This document shows positions 23,201 through 30,932 of a stretch of 64,000 nucleotides of DNA, in pieces. The DNA is from a virus. The stretch spans positions 6,093 to 70,092 of IMG/VR virus record IMGVR_UViG_3300034072_000369. One strand, written 5' to 3'. Below the pieces are notes generated by a model. It was not told the origin of the DNA and ran no database searches. It saw only the letters and a list, made by a program, of their open reading frames with translations. The translations under genes and the position numbers were made by a program. Numbering within the stretch: position 1 is the first letter of the stretch; each line of letters starts with the position of its first letter.

Positions 23201-24561
23201 ATACGGGTATTGTCTCTAGCTATGTAGGTGCATCTTGTACGGCAACAATCGATATTTCAGGAATAGATGATTCTGCTACATGGACTTTCACAAATGGAGC
23301 TAGTGATCCTAATATTACATACACATCTAGTAATGCTAATAGGACTGTAACAGTAACAGCATTTCCTAGTAATATAGATGCTGGTTATATTGACTTTACT
23401 GCATCGAAAACTGGATATACATCTAAAATTGCAAGATTTAGTTTAGTAAAAGTTAAAGATGGTGCAAATGGTACTAACGGGACAAATGGTACTAATGGAG
23501 TTCCTGGCTATAATAACGCAATTGTGTATGCCTATAAAAGAAGTAGTAGTGCTCCTACCGATAACCCAGGCGCAATTACATATACTTTTGCATCCGCTTC
23601 AATTACAGTTCCAGATACTCTAGCAAATAGTTGGAGTAAAACAGTACCAACAGGAACAGATCCACTATATGTAGTAGTTGCAAGTGCATCCGATACTGGC
23701 GCTACAGATAATATTGCTGCTAATGAATGGAGTTCTCCTGTATTACTTGTACAGAATGGTTCTAACGGCACTAATGGCTCTAATGGTACTAATGGTACTA
23801 ACGGCACTAATGGCTCTAATGGTACTAATGGTACTAACGGCATAGATGGCTATAATGTCGCTACAGTATTTTTATATCAAAGAAATAATGACTCTGGGAG
23901 TGCTCCTTCAGTTAGAACAGGTGATACTACAACATACACATTTAGTAATGGTAGCGTTTCAAATCAACCTACAAACTGGTCTGGTACAATCCCAGCAGCA
24001 TCTAATGGAACAGTAATTTGGGTAATTCAGGCTACAGCAAGTGCTAGAGCAACAACAGATTCAATTGCAGATAATGAATGGAGTTCACCTCGTGTATTAA
24101 CTCTTAAGGGTGATAACGGTACTAATGGTACTAATGGAACCAATGGTTCGCCAGGTGCAACTGCTGTAACTGCGTATAAGCTTGTTTATAGTGCAACAGG
24201 ACTGCCATCATCACCTGCAGTAGGTTCCGGTGCACCAACTAGTGGCACAGCAACGCAAGATACTAGCAATAGTGATGTAAATTGGTATACTCAACCACCT
24301 ACGAGTATAGCAGCTAATTATTGGCTATTCCAAAAATCAGGTACTTTATTAGTATCTACGTATACTTGGATATCGCCATCATTTTTAGCAACATTTAAAG
24401 TAGGTCAACTTTCTGCACTATCAGCAGATATTGGGACAATTACAGCTGGACAACTTACTTCTGGAACTGCAAGTGATGGTGTAATTGTTACACCAAAGGG
24501 GATGAAAGTTGTTGTAGGCGGTGTTGTAAGAGTTCGAATTGGCGATTTAAGCGCATGGTGA
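17203..24561 (+). CDS. Central tail tip / host-specificity protein (gpJ-like) with tandem beta-rich repeats
   Basis: LPIVYGRG and YSNNPAYCLLDYL motifs of tail-tip proteins; 2452 aa; six ~105-aa repeats; GTN tripeptide runs; ends VRVRIGDL. Confidence 0.85.
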   Translation: MAVVIGTLTVTWAMVQTAIVIASISYNLYQAKKARRAAREAAEARKGFELVTEGEVISLPIVYGRGMVGGVRVYHNVSSTFKFPSITVPADKTFSTGANARDGDVYTYTDEQGTVTTSAYNGISEKKLNQNIDGNKNEFLFFQQAFCQGPINAVYDVIIEESQFIDDPALGDSATKTIYKGGSFVEDSDPKAALRFSFFYNGGNDQIIANNFPERQTALFTNIAYLSAVIRLDRDEPQFDRIPNIQALIEGRKVKVINRTGTSGNYTYSLASSLTYSNNPAYCLLDYLLDSTSGKALLLSQIDLKSFYDAAQVCDITIQNNVNIGGKIWQPTDGSRNVSTRNLPLYECNIVIDTSKPVRENVEAILATMGDARLIWSQGSYKLSLQYPLTNSAINLATTLTDDDLVHDKAVEVGWPSSSQRLNSCTIRFHNEANNFKEDSVSWPPKTNQQYTRGIGAKRYNPVSGWEANSDGHKLLNNYAVWDGGTTSTSMIWRIIPKISGIYTLQLAADNSATLTLAGSSTGASDHNAVVNSTRALNANQEYILTITGSDDNNGGRGVAAILTAPDGTTLWTTRSESYSSFVNVTQTNTIYNAMLAEDNSITLETDLFAEGITDYYHALAKAEEMVRVSRSAIVVRFQYILKDKYLEPGDIIKLNSTTLNLGNTADLFLRVDEVRLMEGSICEISATRFDYTQLAWSVKPAESVVSPNLYNFYLTAPSYVTFTSGNNIINNSPGTLTWGLSPETSISGYIIYFHEFQNLDSGGRPIFVEIGRATAPPFYVPDLGSVIGVFGVRAFTNTITSEIAVTSTTQVTKIDALLNPPTATNLSAALFGDFDQAIKLNWTIPSIRSNGINYEDHELTRIYRAKDVQNPSFIEIGTSANNEFIDNTNEFGDLLYKVRLESTRKLLGSFSNTAAVNLPADNALASDRATIFAYKRSLDPLSSNDNPGSATYSFATNQITSTLANNWSKVIPSGDDTLYVVVAIVSSPSSTITFPASAWSSPSIFVKTGQDAVNIDLLSEADVTRAEQDGTNYSLPPNNAIRLYKGGELLTSNVVYSGTITKNGLTATVNSSTGQVTFTGGSWTTNTESFIFQAVYGGNTYSVLYTYAKSKDGDDAIIPDLKSESEIAFANVNGIVSTLPVGNEFRLYKGGTILNSGLNFFIGSSGTQSQTKNGLTLTINATTGAFSLTQSSWSSDFEQFTLSCIYDSITYSKIYSLTKQRVGATGAAAALFTIDNAAAIFKKDKNDLITPETITLVTTAINVSAIDGYKWYKNDTEISGATSSTYSVPKADFNATTSNTYKCILTGTINGITNSTLQDFIVIPRLDDGAETPTVVISNNAVQFQGPTTGYDGITFTSAHQVVVNAYIGTTQLSYGTSGAYTFSVTKANTGITVATGTGSGVDYVIPQPSGVSSDTAYVDLTIIIRGLGGTVAATLTRRILYVISRAGYDTIFLDLTNDIHTIPADELGVALSYNGATTTMSVIRAGLDESNLWTIDSSASTGITYDKSNSNRTATVTAVTNGFENGVITFTATRTGFTTRSVDFTVTKLKGGKDTIVIDLSNDSHIFPSSSAGVVSTYLGGSTNLTLYKGGINDTANWTIVTAVSNPNILINGANSASVEIISFPDNLDSGYIDFTASRSGFSTQSARFSFIKGKQGFKGEPAVTLALSNEVHSIPANAGGIPLSYSGASSTATILFAGVDDSSNWTFDSTASAGITYSKSNSNRTATILVIENTFTAGYIDFTATRAGYTTQTSRFIVNKLNAGKDTVIVNLTNDSHPLPADLSGVVTSYTGASSTVSIFVGDVDDTANWTISITSSTGVTASLSGATATVSAIADNVDSGYVDFTVSKINYPTRVLRFSLAKARQGAVGTAAIFLDLSNDSHEIPANANGDALSYVGAASTATILSGGVDDSANWSFDAVASAGITIEKSNNNRTATVTAVTNAFLSGTVTFTATRSGYSNRISIFSLSKLLQGETGDSAVSIQLSNDNHPLPALNTGIVSSYVGASCTATIDISGIDDSATWTFTNGASDPNITYTSSNANRTVTVTAFPSNIDAGYIDFTASKTGYTSKIARFSLVKVKDGANGTNGTNGTNGVPGYNNAIVYAYKRSSSAPTDNPGAITYTFASASITVPDTLANSWSKTVPTGTDPLYVVVASASDTGATDNIAANEWSSPVLLVQNGSNGTNGSNGTNGTNGTNGSNGTNGTNGIDGYNVATVFLYQRNNDSGSAPSVRTGDTTTYTFSNGSVSNQPTNWSGTIPAASNGTVIWVIQATASARATTDSIADNEWSSPRVLTLKGDNGTNGTNGTNGSPGATAVTAYKLVYSATGLPSSPAVGSGAPTSGTATQDTSNSDVNWYTQPPTSIAANYWLFQKSGTLLVSTYTWISPSFLATFKVGQLSALSADIGTITAGQLTSGTASDGVIVTPKGMKVVVGGVVRVRIGDLSAW
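21550..23460 (+). repeat. Six tandem ~315-325 bp coding repeats in the tail tip gene
   Basis: Each unit starts LxLxN(D/E)xHxxPx and contains SYxGxxxT and DxxxxWT/S; starts near 21550, 21865, 22190, 22505, 22825, 23150. Confidence 0.85.
23755..23850 (+). repeat. 9-bp tandem repeat encoding Gly-Thr/Ser-Asn (collagen-like); shorter runs at ~23461-23499 and ~24110-24150
   Basis: GGTACTAAT/GGCACTAAT/GGCTCTAAT units visible directly. Confidence 0.9.
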
Positions 24562-24565
24562 TATT

Positions 24566-26824
24566 ATGTCATTTGGAATACAAATTCGTCGAACAGAAAC
24601 AGAAGATCTACTGACGTTAGAAACTGTAAGTGGAAGAGTATTCTTGGGTGTATATACTGCAGAAGCGGCAGTAACTCAAGTATACTACTTCCCATTAGTT
24701 GAAAGCCATACCTCACTATTTTATTATACTTTGAGTGCTGGGGCACATAGCATTAGCTTAACTACAGAATCTGTTAGTGGTGTAGTTCAAGCAAAGTTAA
24801 CATTAACAAGATTATATACTAGTACTGCAAATAGAATTAATAATCCACCTACAAGCCTAGCAGTATTTGCAACACAGACTAGAGAGGTTGACTATGGAAT
24901 CTCATTGGTAAATAATAGTGGTCTAAGAACTGCATCAACAAATTACCCTGTCCCAGTGTTCTTACAAAAGATAACATTTGATTCTACGCGAGAAGCTACA
25001 TATCCAGGAGTATACAGACATTATAAATCTGTTGGAGGTGTAGGTAGAAAGCGTCTAGTATTCTATACTATACCTAGTAATCCAGATCCTGTATATTATT
25101 TTGGAAATTCATTTTTAGAATCATATGACACCTTTGTAGAGTTTAGTGTAAGATTAGGCGGTTCTCCTGCTTATGCATATCCTGAAGCTTATGTCTTTTC
25201 TTTAGAACCTCAAATAAGTCTCGATAGTTATGGCGCTAGAGTATTTAATGGATCTGGAAATGTTACATTTGACTCTGGCTTGCAGCATCTTGATATAATT
25301 GGATTTGGTTATATGTATTTTAGTGAAAGCTATGATACAACAATTGGAACCGATGAGACACTTAATACTCCTCAAAATATACTATCGACTACTGCAATCT
25401 TATTACCTGAATATCAAGAAGATACTGCTATACCTACAGGTGGTGGTGCTTTAAGCTCCACATATACAATTAAGAAAGGAATGACTCGTAGAACTTCTTC
25501 TACTACTGTTGTAACTCAATTAGAAACCGTAGTATCATATACTGAAGATGCAGCTTGGAACTATTTTCAAACATATGGAGCAATTACTAATAGATTAATG
25601 AGTATTGATGCTAATAGATATGCCGCACAAGCAGCTTCTCCATTAAATGTACAAATAGCAGATGGTATTTTTGAGCTATTAACTTGTAGCTATGATGCAG
25701 CTACTCAAAGTTCTTGTGCAACAACGCAAGATTTAGCTGCAAGTGTTTTTGGTGGTAATGGTAATACAATATCCTATGCATGGTATTTAGATACTACTGC
25801 AATATCTAACGGATTTAATATTTTATTTGGTCAAAATACTGTTAGAGTCACTATCGGAAACACAAGTGGTGCTGGAACTAAAACTGGTACAGCAACAGTA
25901 TACGTTAGTCAATCTGGATCTGCAACAGTATATGCTAATTACTCTTTAAATCATACTCATACTGCAACAGCTTCGAATTTAACTGGTGATATTACTCCTG
26001 ATAGTGGTACAGTTACATCCTGTAGCTATAATACAGGATCCGCAAGTAATTGTACTAATACTGCAACATACAGCGTAACTACTTCAGGTGGAAGTGGAAA
26101 TACTAAGTCTTACTCATGGTCACTAGTTAGTAATACGGGAGGTTTAAGCATCTCAGGCAGCACTACGGGCACAAGTGCTACAGTCACCAAGACTGCTGGT
26201 TCAGGTACATACTCAGCAACACTAAGATGCACAGTTACTCAAGCAGGTGCTCCTAATTCACCTTTTATTATAGACGAGCCTATCACATTTACTCATGTAG
26301 CACAAACACCAGGCTATGTCATGAGTCCTATTCCTGGATTAACTCAAGGTGACTTAAATGCAACTCCTTCTACCTTTACTGATGTAGACTATGAAGAATA
26401 TACGTCTGCATATGCCTATGTACAATTAGTATTCTTATCTAACGGCCAATTATATATAACGTCACCAGATTATCCAAATCAGATAGCAGCATTAACTTCC
26501 TGGTGGTGGTCTGGATCTATAGTTCTAGTTCCGCCTCAATCAGGTTGGGAAGTAGGTGTACCTGGAATAGGAAATAGCTACTGGGTTCGCTTTACTAGAA
26601 CTGCTTATACAGGCTCTTCTTTTAATAGCACTACAACTACAGGATGGTTAAGTCTCAGTACAACTAGAAGTATTATCGTTCAAGCAGCTACAAGTTTTCC
26701 TGGATATCAAAGCACTACTGCTACATATAAGATTGAGATTGCGGAAGATTCCTCGGGTTCTTCTATTGTATCTACAACTAATGGCCCTGAATTACAAGCT
26801 ATTGCACAGAGTGTTGCAACATGA
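24566..26824 (+). CDS. Minor tail / receptor-binding protein
   Basis: 752 aa, S/T/G-rich, repeated (F/Y)GI/YGA modules typical of genes following gpJ-like proteins. Confidence 0.65.
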   Translation: MSFGIQIRRTETEDLLTLETVSGRVFLGVYTAEAAVTQVYYFPLVESHTSLFYYTLSAGAHSISLTTESVSGVVQAKLTLTRLYTSTANRINNPPTSLAVFATQTREVDYGISLVNNSGLRTASTNYPVPVFLQKITFDSTREATYPGVYRHYKSVGGVGRKRLVFYTIPSNPDPVYYFGNSFLESYDTFVEFSVRLGGSPAYAYPEAYVFSLEPQISLDSYGARVFNGSGNVTFDSGLQHLDIIGFGYMYFSESYDTTIGTDETLNTPQNILSTTAILLPEYQEDTAIPTGGGALSSTYTIKKGMTRRTSSTTVVTQLETVVSYTEDAAWNYFQTYGAITNRLMSIDANRYAAQAASPLNVQIADGIFELLTCSYDAATQSSCATTQDLAASVFGGNGNTISYAWYLDTTAISNGFNILFGQNTVRVTIGNTSGAGTKTGTATVYVSQSGSATVYANYSLNHTHTATASNLTGDITPDSGTVTSCSYNTGSASNCTNTATYSVTTSGGSGNTKSYSWSLVSNTGGLSISGSTTGTSATVTKTAGSGTYSATLRCTVTQAGAPNSPFIIDEPITFTHVAQTPGYVMSPIPGLTQGDLNATPSTFTDVDYEEYTSAYAYVQLVFLSNGQLYITSPDYPNQIAALTSWWWSGSIVLVPPQSGWEVGVPGIGNSYWVRFTRTAYTGSSFNSTTTTGWLSLSTTRSIIVQAATSFPGYQSTTATYKIEIAEDSSGSSIVSTTNGPELQAIAQSVAT

Positions 26825-27276
26825 TAATATCTGAAGTAAAGACAATGAATGAAATAAAATACTGTGTAGATATGTATTATGCACAAAATGATTTTTCATT
26901 CCTAAATGTAGATAAACAACTAGCTGTTAAAAATCTAGAAACATGCGTAAGACGTAAAAAGTTTGTAAGAGTAGTTTATAAGGATAATATTATTGTGTCT
27001 TGGATTTATGCTAATCAACTTACAAGCCAACATATGAGTGAAAGTATTTTATTACAAAATTATTATTGCAGTGTTTTAAAAGGTCCAAGTGCAGTAAGAT
27101 CAATTAAATTACTACACAATGAAATGATCTCTTATGCTAAAGAAAATAAATATCAAATTTGCATGTCGAATGGCAGTCATCTAGATGAGAATAATACTTT
27201 TGCTAAAATATTAGAGAGACTTGGTTGGATTAGACGAGGTTATGTTGCAATATACAAAATTGATTCTAATCCTTAA
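26821..27276 (+). CDS. GNAT-like protein
   Basis: 151 aa with a C-terminal KILERLGW pattern; weak fold-level resemblance only. Confidence 0.4.
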   Translation: MIISEVKTMNEIKYCVDMYYAQNDFSFLNVDKQLAVKNLETCVRRKKFVRVVYKDNIIVSWIYANQLTSQHMSESILLQNYYCSVLKGPSAVRSIKLLHNEMISYAKENKYQICMSNGSHLDENNTFAKILERLGWIRRGYVAIYKIDSNP

Positions 27277-27320
27277 AGAATTAGTGAATCGGAATAGGTA
27301 GTGGGTGCGTGAGTAAAATT

Positions 27321-27432
27321 GCCCCAAGAAGCTACCAGATTGCCCCATAGGGACGTCGGAGAGACTCGCTGGTACCTCACTATCAGTCGGTGTCACCAGC
27401 GTCTCTATGGGCCGTTTTTCTTCATTTATTTT
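27321..27432 (+). other. GC-rich intergenic element A (inverted relative of 48013-48123)
   Basis: Local GC island; internal stem CCCATAGGGACG (27344-27355) / CGTCTCTATGGG (27400-27411); both ends match the reverse complement of element B. Confidence 0.55.
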
Positions 27433-27476
27433 TAAAACAAATTTCATAAACACATATGCTCAGAATTATTAATACG

Positions 27477-27494
27477 AACCCGTTAGATTAACCC
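27477..27494 (+). promoter_or_regulatory. Class 1 motif AACCCGTTAGATTAACCC upstream of the lysis genes
   Basis: 17/18 match to the consensus, intergenic. Confidence 0.75.
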
Positions 27495-27565
27495 TGAGAC
27501 GTACCCCTATATTATCATTTAATTGTTAATAGTAGTTTTGTATATCTCATTAATTAAGGAATAAT

Positions 27566-28093
27566 ATGCTACCTGCAATATTACAGCCTCTAATTGCCGG
27601 AGGCTTTAATTTAATCAGTAATGCAGTATTAGCTAAAGGTAAAGAGTGGGTTGAAGAGAAAACTGGTGTAAAGCTAGATAATGCTCAACTATCTCAAGCT
27701 GATATGCTTAAATTGCAACAATTTGAGTTAGAGCATGAAGAAGAACTTTTACGTTTAAAAGTAGAAGATAATAAAGTTAGTGCCGAACTTGAGAAGGCAT
27801 ACTTAAAGGATCGACAAGATGCTCGAGATCTTCAGAAGAATGCTTTATATTCTGAAGATAAATTTGTCAGACGATTCATATACTACTATGCAATCTTCTG
27901 GTCAATAAGCGCTGCTGCATATATCGCATTTATCACTTTCGGTTCAATACCTGCTGATAATATTAGATTTGCAGATACTATTTTAGGGTTCTTATTAGGA
28001 ACAATTGTATCTACTATAATTGGCTTCTTCTATGGGTCTTCTAAAGGCAGTCATGATAAAACTGAGGCTCTTACAAAGGAGTTAATCAAATGA
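27566..28093 (+). CDS. Putative holin
   Basis: Two C-terminal hydrophobic segments ending GFFYGSSKGS; overlaps the endolysin start. Confidence 0.7.
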   Translation: MLPAILQPLIAGGFNLISNAVLAKGKEWVEEKTGVKLDNAQLSQADMLKLQQFELEHEEELLRLKVEDNKVSAELEKAYLKDRQDARDLQKNALYSEDKFVRRFIYYYAIFWSISAAAYIAFITFGSIPADNIRFADTILGFLLGTIVSTIIGFFYGSSKGSHDKTEALTKELIK

Positions 28094-28416
28094 CTTTAGG
28101 ACAGCATCAAGAAGCATTTTCTAAAGATCTTGTCAAGCTATTAACCAAAGCATTTGAACTAGGTTATGATGCAAGATTAGGTGAACTGCAAAGAACTGTA
28201 GAACAGCAAGAGCTTTACGTTAAAACAAATAGATCCAAGACAATGAATAGCATGCATTTGAAGAAATGTGCTATTGACATTTATTTTATGAAGAACGGTC
28301 AAGTTGTTTTCCCTGAAGAACTAGGGAAATATTGGGAGAGTTTAAATACTTTGAATCAAGCAGGAATGTTCTGGAAAAGATTTAAAGATGCTCCCCACTA
28401 CGAAAGGCATGTCTAA
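28090..28416 (+). CDS. Endolysin, peptidase M15 family
   Basis: RTVEQQ, SMHLKKCAID (SxHxxxxAxD) and DAPHYE (DxPH) zinc-peptidase motifs. Confidence 0.85.
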   Translation: MTLGQHQEAFSKDLVKLLTKAFELGYDARLGELQRTVEQQELYVKTNRSKTMNSMHLKKCAIDIYFMKNGQVVFPEELGKYWESLNTLNQAGMFWKRFKDAPHYERHV

Positions 28417-28419
28417 AAT

Positions 28420-28448
28420 AGCCCCACAGAAATGTGGGGTTTTTATTT
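28420..28448 (+). terminator. Intrinsic terminator ending the lysis transcript
   Basis: GCCCCACA-GAAA-TGTGGGGT followed by TTTTATTT. Confidence 0.85.
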
Positions 28449-28476
28449 GCGGAAAATATGGTATCTTATATGATAA
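28449..28476 (+). promoter_or_regulatory. Class 2 motif GCG-N9-GTATCTTATATGATA (putative early promoter)
   Basis: GCGGAAAATATGGTATCTTATATGATAA; 27/28 identical to 29449-29476; also readable as sigma70-like TTGCGG-16-TATGAT. Confidence 0.7.
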
Positions 28477-28517
28477 GCGCATCGCTTGTCTAAACAGACT
28501 TTTGAAAGGAATTAGCT

Positions 28518-28649
28518 ATGTATACGATAACCGTTGTTTATCGCAATCGTGTCGATTCTTGGACAACTGAGGAACCAAATGTTGAAATTAAAACTCTCTT
28601 ATTAATTGCAAGAGAAATTGTTAAATTAGTAGTAACTAGAAATCAGTGA
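28518..28649 (+). CDS. Small early protein (43 aa)
   Basis: AAAGGA RBS, ATG 28518, TGA 28647-28649; first gene after the class 2 motif. Confidence 0.6.
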   Translation: MYTITVVYRNRVDSWTTEEPNVEIKTLLLIAREIVKLVVTRNQ

Positions 28650-28655
28650 GGCTAT

Positions 28656-28772
28656 ATGAAAAAGATTTTAGATAATCCAGATCTTATGGATATTATTGTA
28701 ATGTGCACTATGCTGTATATGCTTGTTATGATTTTAACATTTTTAATTGTAGCAGGTAACCTAGAGTATTGA
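28656..28772 (+). CDS. Small membrane protein (38 aa)
   Basis: GAGG RBS, one hydrophobic segment. Confidence 0.5.
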   Translation: MKKILDNPDLMDIIVMCTMLYMLVMILTFLIVAGNLEY

Positions 28773-28785
28773 AAGGAGGTGACAA

Positions 28786-29238
28786 ATGAAAATATTGATA
28801 GGTATTATCATATTCTTCATTTGTGTAAATCCCAATGCAGCTAGTCACCACTATCAATCAAAAGTAAAAACTTTGCCAGATAAAGAACTTCTTTGTTTGG
28901 CAAAGAACGCCTATTATGAGGCAAGAGGTGAAGGCGAACTGGGCTTATTACTAGTAACACAAGTAGTATATAATAGAGTTACTGGTAATAACTTTTGTGA
29001 TGTAATATATAGGCATAAGCAATTTTCTTGGACATTAAGAAAACAAAAGCCTATATCAAAAGAAGAATTAATGAAATTAAAATGGATGATGTTAGCATTT
29101 CATAATGATTATTATAAAATCCCAGATCATCTTAAAGAGGCAACTCATTTTCATGCTGTATATGTTAAACCTTATTGGTCTAGAAATTTAAAATATCTAG
29201 GTCAGTGGAAAAATCATCGATTCTACAAGGAGATCTAA
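28786..29238 (+). CDS. SleB/Hydrolase_2-family cell wall hydrolase with signal sequence
   Basis: CLAKNAYYEARGE, VVYNRV, QFSWT, ATHFHA, HRFY motifs; hydrophobic N-terminus. Confidence 0.88.
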   Translation: MKILIGIIIFFICVNPNAASHHYQSKVKTLPDKELLCLAKNAYYEARGEGELGLLLVTQVVYNRVTGNNFCDVIYRHKQFSWTLRKQKPISKEELMKLKWMMLAFHNDYYKIPDHLKEATHFHAVYVKPYWSRNLKYLGQWKNHRFYKEI

Positions 29239-29459
29239 TGAAAACTTTAGCTATATTATGTCTTTTGTTAACAGGTTGTGCCTCAGCAATACCACACGAT
29301 TCTTATATACAAAGTAGTTCTATAATATATAAGACTAATCAGTATGGTGAAACTCAACCCCATAACGGTATTTACAGAATTATTGGTAATCAAATTTATC
29401 AAGCAGATTCTGTAGGAAATATTATGTATCACAAGAATAGTCTAAAACGCGGAAAATAG
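29238..29459 (+). CDS. Small lipoprotein
   Basis: MKTLAILCLLLTGCAS lipobox; AAGGAG RBS. Confidence 0.65.
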   Translation: MKTLAILCLLLTGCASAIPHDSYIQSSSIIYKTNQYGETQPHNGIYRIIGNQIYQADSVGNIMYHKNSLKRGK

Positions 29460-29476
29460 GGTATCTTATATGATAA
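29449..29476 (+). promoter_or_regulatory. Class 2 motif, second copy
   Basis: GCGGAAAATAGGGTATCTTATATGATAA, 20 bp upstream of ORF 29497. Confidence 0.7.
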
Positions 29477-29496
29477 CACTATCAGAAAGGACTTAA

Positions 29497-29685
29497 ATGA
29501 AAATCTTTAAAGTTACACATTATAATAATGAATCAGGACAATATTTTGACGAATATTTTTCTGATGTTCATATGGCGGCAAGAAGGTTTGAAACATTAGA
29601 GACCGCCGCTGAAAAATCAAAAGTTGGCGAAGGTGTTGAAGATGTTAATTTTTGTATGGTCTTAGTTATTACTCCAAGGAGCTGA
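29497..29685 (+). CDS. Hypothetical protein
   Basis: AAAGGA RBS; 62 aa. Confidence 0.65.
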   Translation: MKIFKVTHYNNESGQYFDEYFSDVHMAARRFETLETAAEKSKVGEGVEDVNFCMVLVITPRS

Positions 29686-29686
29686 A

Positions 29687-30031
29687 ATGAAGAAGTTGAT
29701 TGTGTCTGTTTTTATTTTTTATGGATCTATTGCAAGTGCTGCACAAGGTGTAGATCAAAGCATCAAGATTCTTGATGTGAATGAATCTACTCAAGGTGCA
29801 TCTAAAATGCTTACATGTATTGCTGCAAGTGAAACTGCTATAGATGCATTTGAACTTAAACAAAATAGAAAGAAACTTGTATATCATAAAACAGATGATA
29901 TACTTGCTGCTGTACTTGTGAAGAAAGCAATGGATGCTGGCTACAAATCAAAATCAGTTGCAGATGCAGCTAAGGCTGGTTTTGAGAGCTGTATCAAATC
30001 TAAAATCTGGAATGAAAATTCTCAACTTTGA
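29687..30031 (+). CDS. Hypothetical exported protein
   Basis: Signal-peptide-like N-terminus (MKKLIVSVFIFYGSIASAAQ); AAGGAG RBS. Confidence 0.65.
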   Translation: MKKLIVSVFIFYGSIASAAQGVDQSIKILDVNESTQGASKMLTCIAASETAIDAFELKQNRKKLVYHKTDDILAAVLVKKAMDAGYKSKSVADAAKAGFESCIKSKIWNENSQL

Positions 30032-30042
30032 AAGGTCTAACC

Positions 30043-30441
30043 ATGAAGCCTATTGAACTCATTAAGAAAAGTGTCTTTAATTTTGCCATTGGTATTGCAA
30101 GTTTATCACTTATAGTCTCACTATTGTTTAATGCAATGCTGTTAGTAAAAGTTGATGAAGACCAACAGAAGATTGGAATTTTAGTTAGTCAAGCACAAGC
30201 AGACAAAGCTCAAATTCAAAATCTAACTGTAGTTCTTCACAATGCTAATGAAAGAGTACAAAAAGCTGAAAGTAATCTAAAGCAAGTTCAGTTTAAGTTG
30301 GATTCTGCATTAGTACCTCAGAGCAATGTACAAGAAGCCTTTAAAGAGAATGTTGCAAAACCTGTAACAGAAACTTCAAAAGGTTTGTGGCACCTAGCTG
30401 TAGATAATTCCAAGAGAGCTTGGAATTATGTCTTTCACTAA
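30043..30441 (+). CDS. Membrane-anchored coiled-coil protein
   Basis: N-terminal TM segment followed by a Q-rich coiled coil. Confidence 0.6.
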   Translation: MKPIELIKKSVFNFAIGIASLSLIVSLLFNAMLLVKVDEDQQKIGILVSQAQADKAQIQNLTVVLHNANERVQKAESNLKQVQFKLDSALVPQSNVQEAFKENVAKPVTETSKGLWHLAVDNSKRAWNYVFH

Positions 30442-30703
30442 GAAAAAGAAGACATTAGGGACAGTGTTGTGGGAATTCTTTAGGGGAGATAATAGAAATC
30501 CCACAACTACTGATATTGTAAAATGTTTAGCACAAGGGTCTATTGCAAGAGCGAAGGTAAAAGCTCTATATAAAGAGCAATTAAGAATTGAGAATGAACG
30601 AGAAAAAATTACTAAGTTACAAGAAGTATTAAGAACATCGAGAAAAGGAAGTATTGAATACGAGAGAGCATTACGTAAAATCTTTAAGATTTTACAATTA
30701 TAA
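30428..30703 (+). CDS. Hypothetical basic protein
   Basis: 91 aa ORF overlapping the upstream gene and ending at a terminator. Confidence 0.55.
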   Translation: MSFTKKKKTLGTVLWEFFRGDNRNPTTTDIVKCLAQGSIARAKVKALYKEQLRIENEREKITKLQEVLRTSRKGSIEYERALRKIFKILQL

Positions 30704-30754
30704 CACTACCCTTCGGGGTAGTGTTTCTTTGTTTTGCTTTATTTTTTTTTTTTT
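30702..30754 (+). terminator. Intrinsic terminator with UUCG tetraloop and downstream CTTTA-T13
   Basis: AACACTACCC-TTCG-GGGTAGTGTT, T-rich tail, CTTTA(T)13 at 30737-30754. Confidence 0.85.
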
Positions 30755-30932
30755 CTACGCTCCGTTTGGACATTCATTAATTAACTAAACGGAGCCAGGG
30801 CATGTATGATATATTAGCCATCTTAATAAATTTCTTTCGATTAGGTCTAATAGTCATATTTAATTGTCTTGCTATTTATTTGCTTATTAGCATTTTCCCA
30901 TATCTCATAAAGCTAATTTTCTGGGAATTTTC

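Noticed and set aside
17203-26824. Diversity-generating retroelement acting on tail genes
   Set aside because: No reverse transcriptase and no template/variable repeat pair with adenine-specific mismatches was seen.
28449-29476. Exactly 1000-bp spacing between two class 2 motifs
   Set aside because: The sequence between them is unique coding DNA, so it is not a duplication; treated as coincidence.
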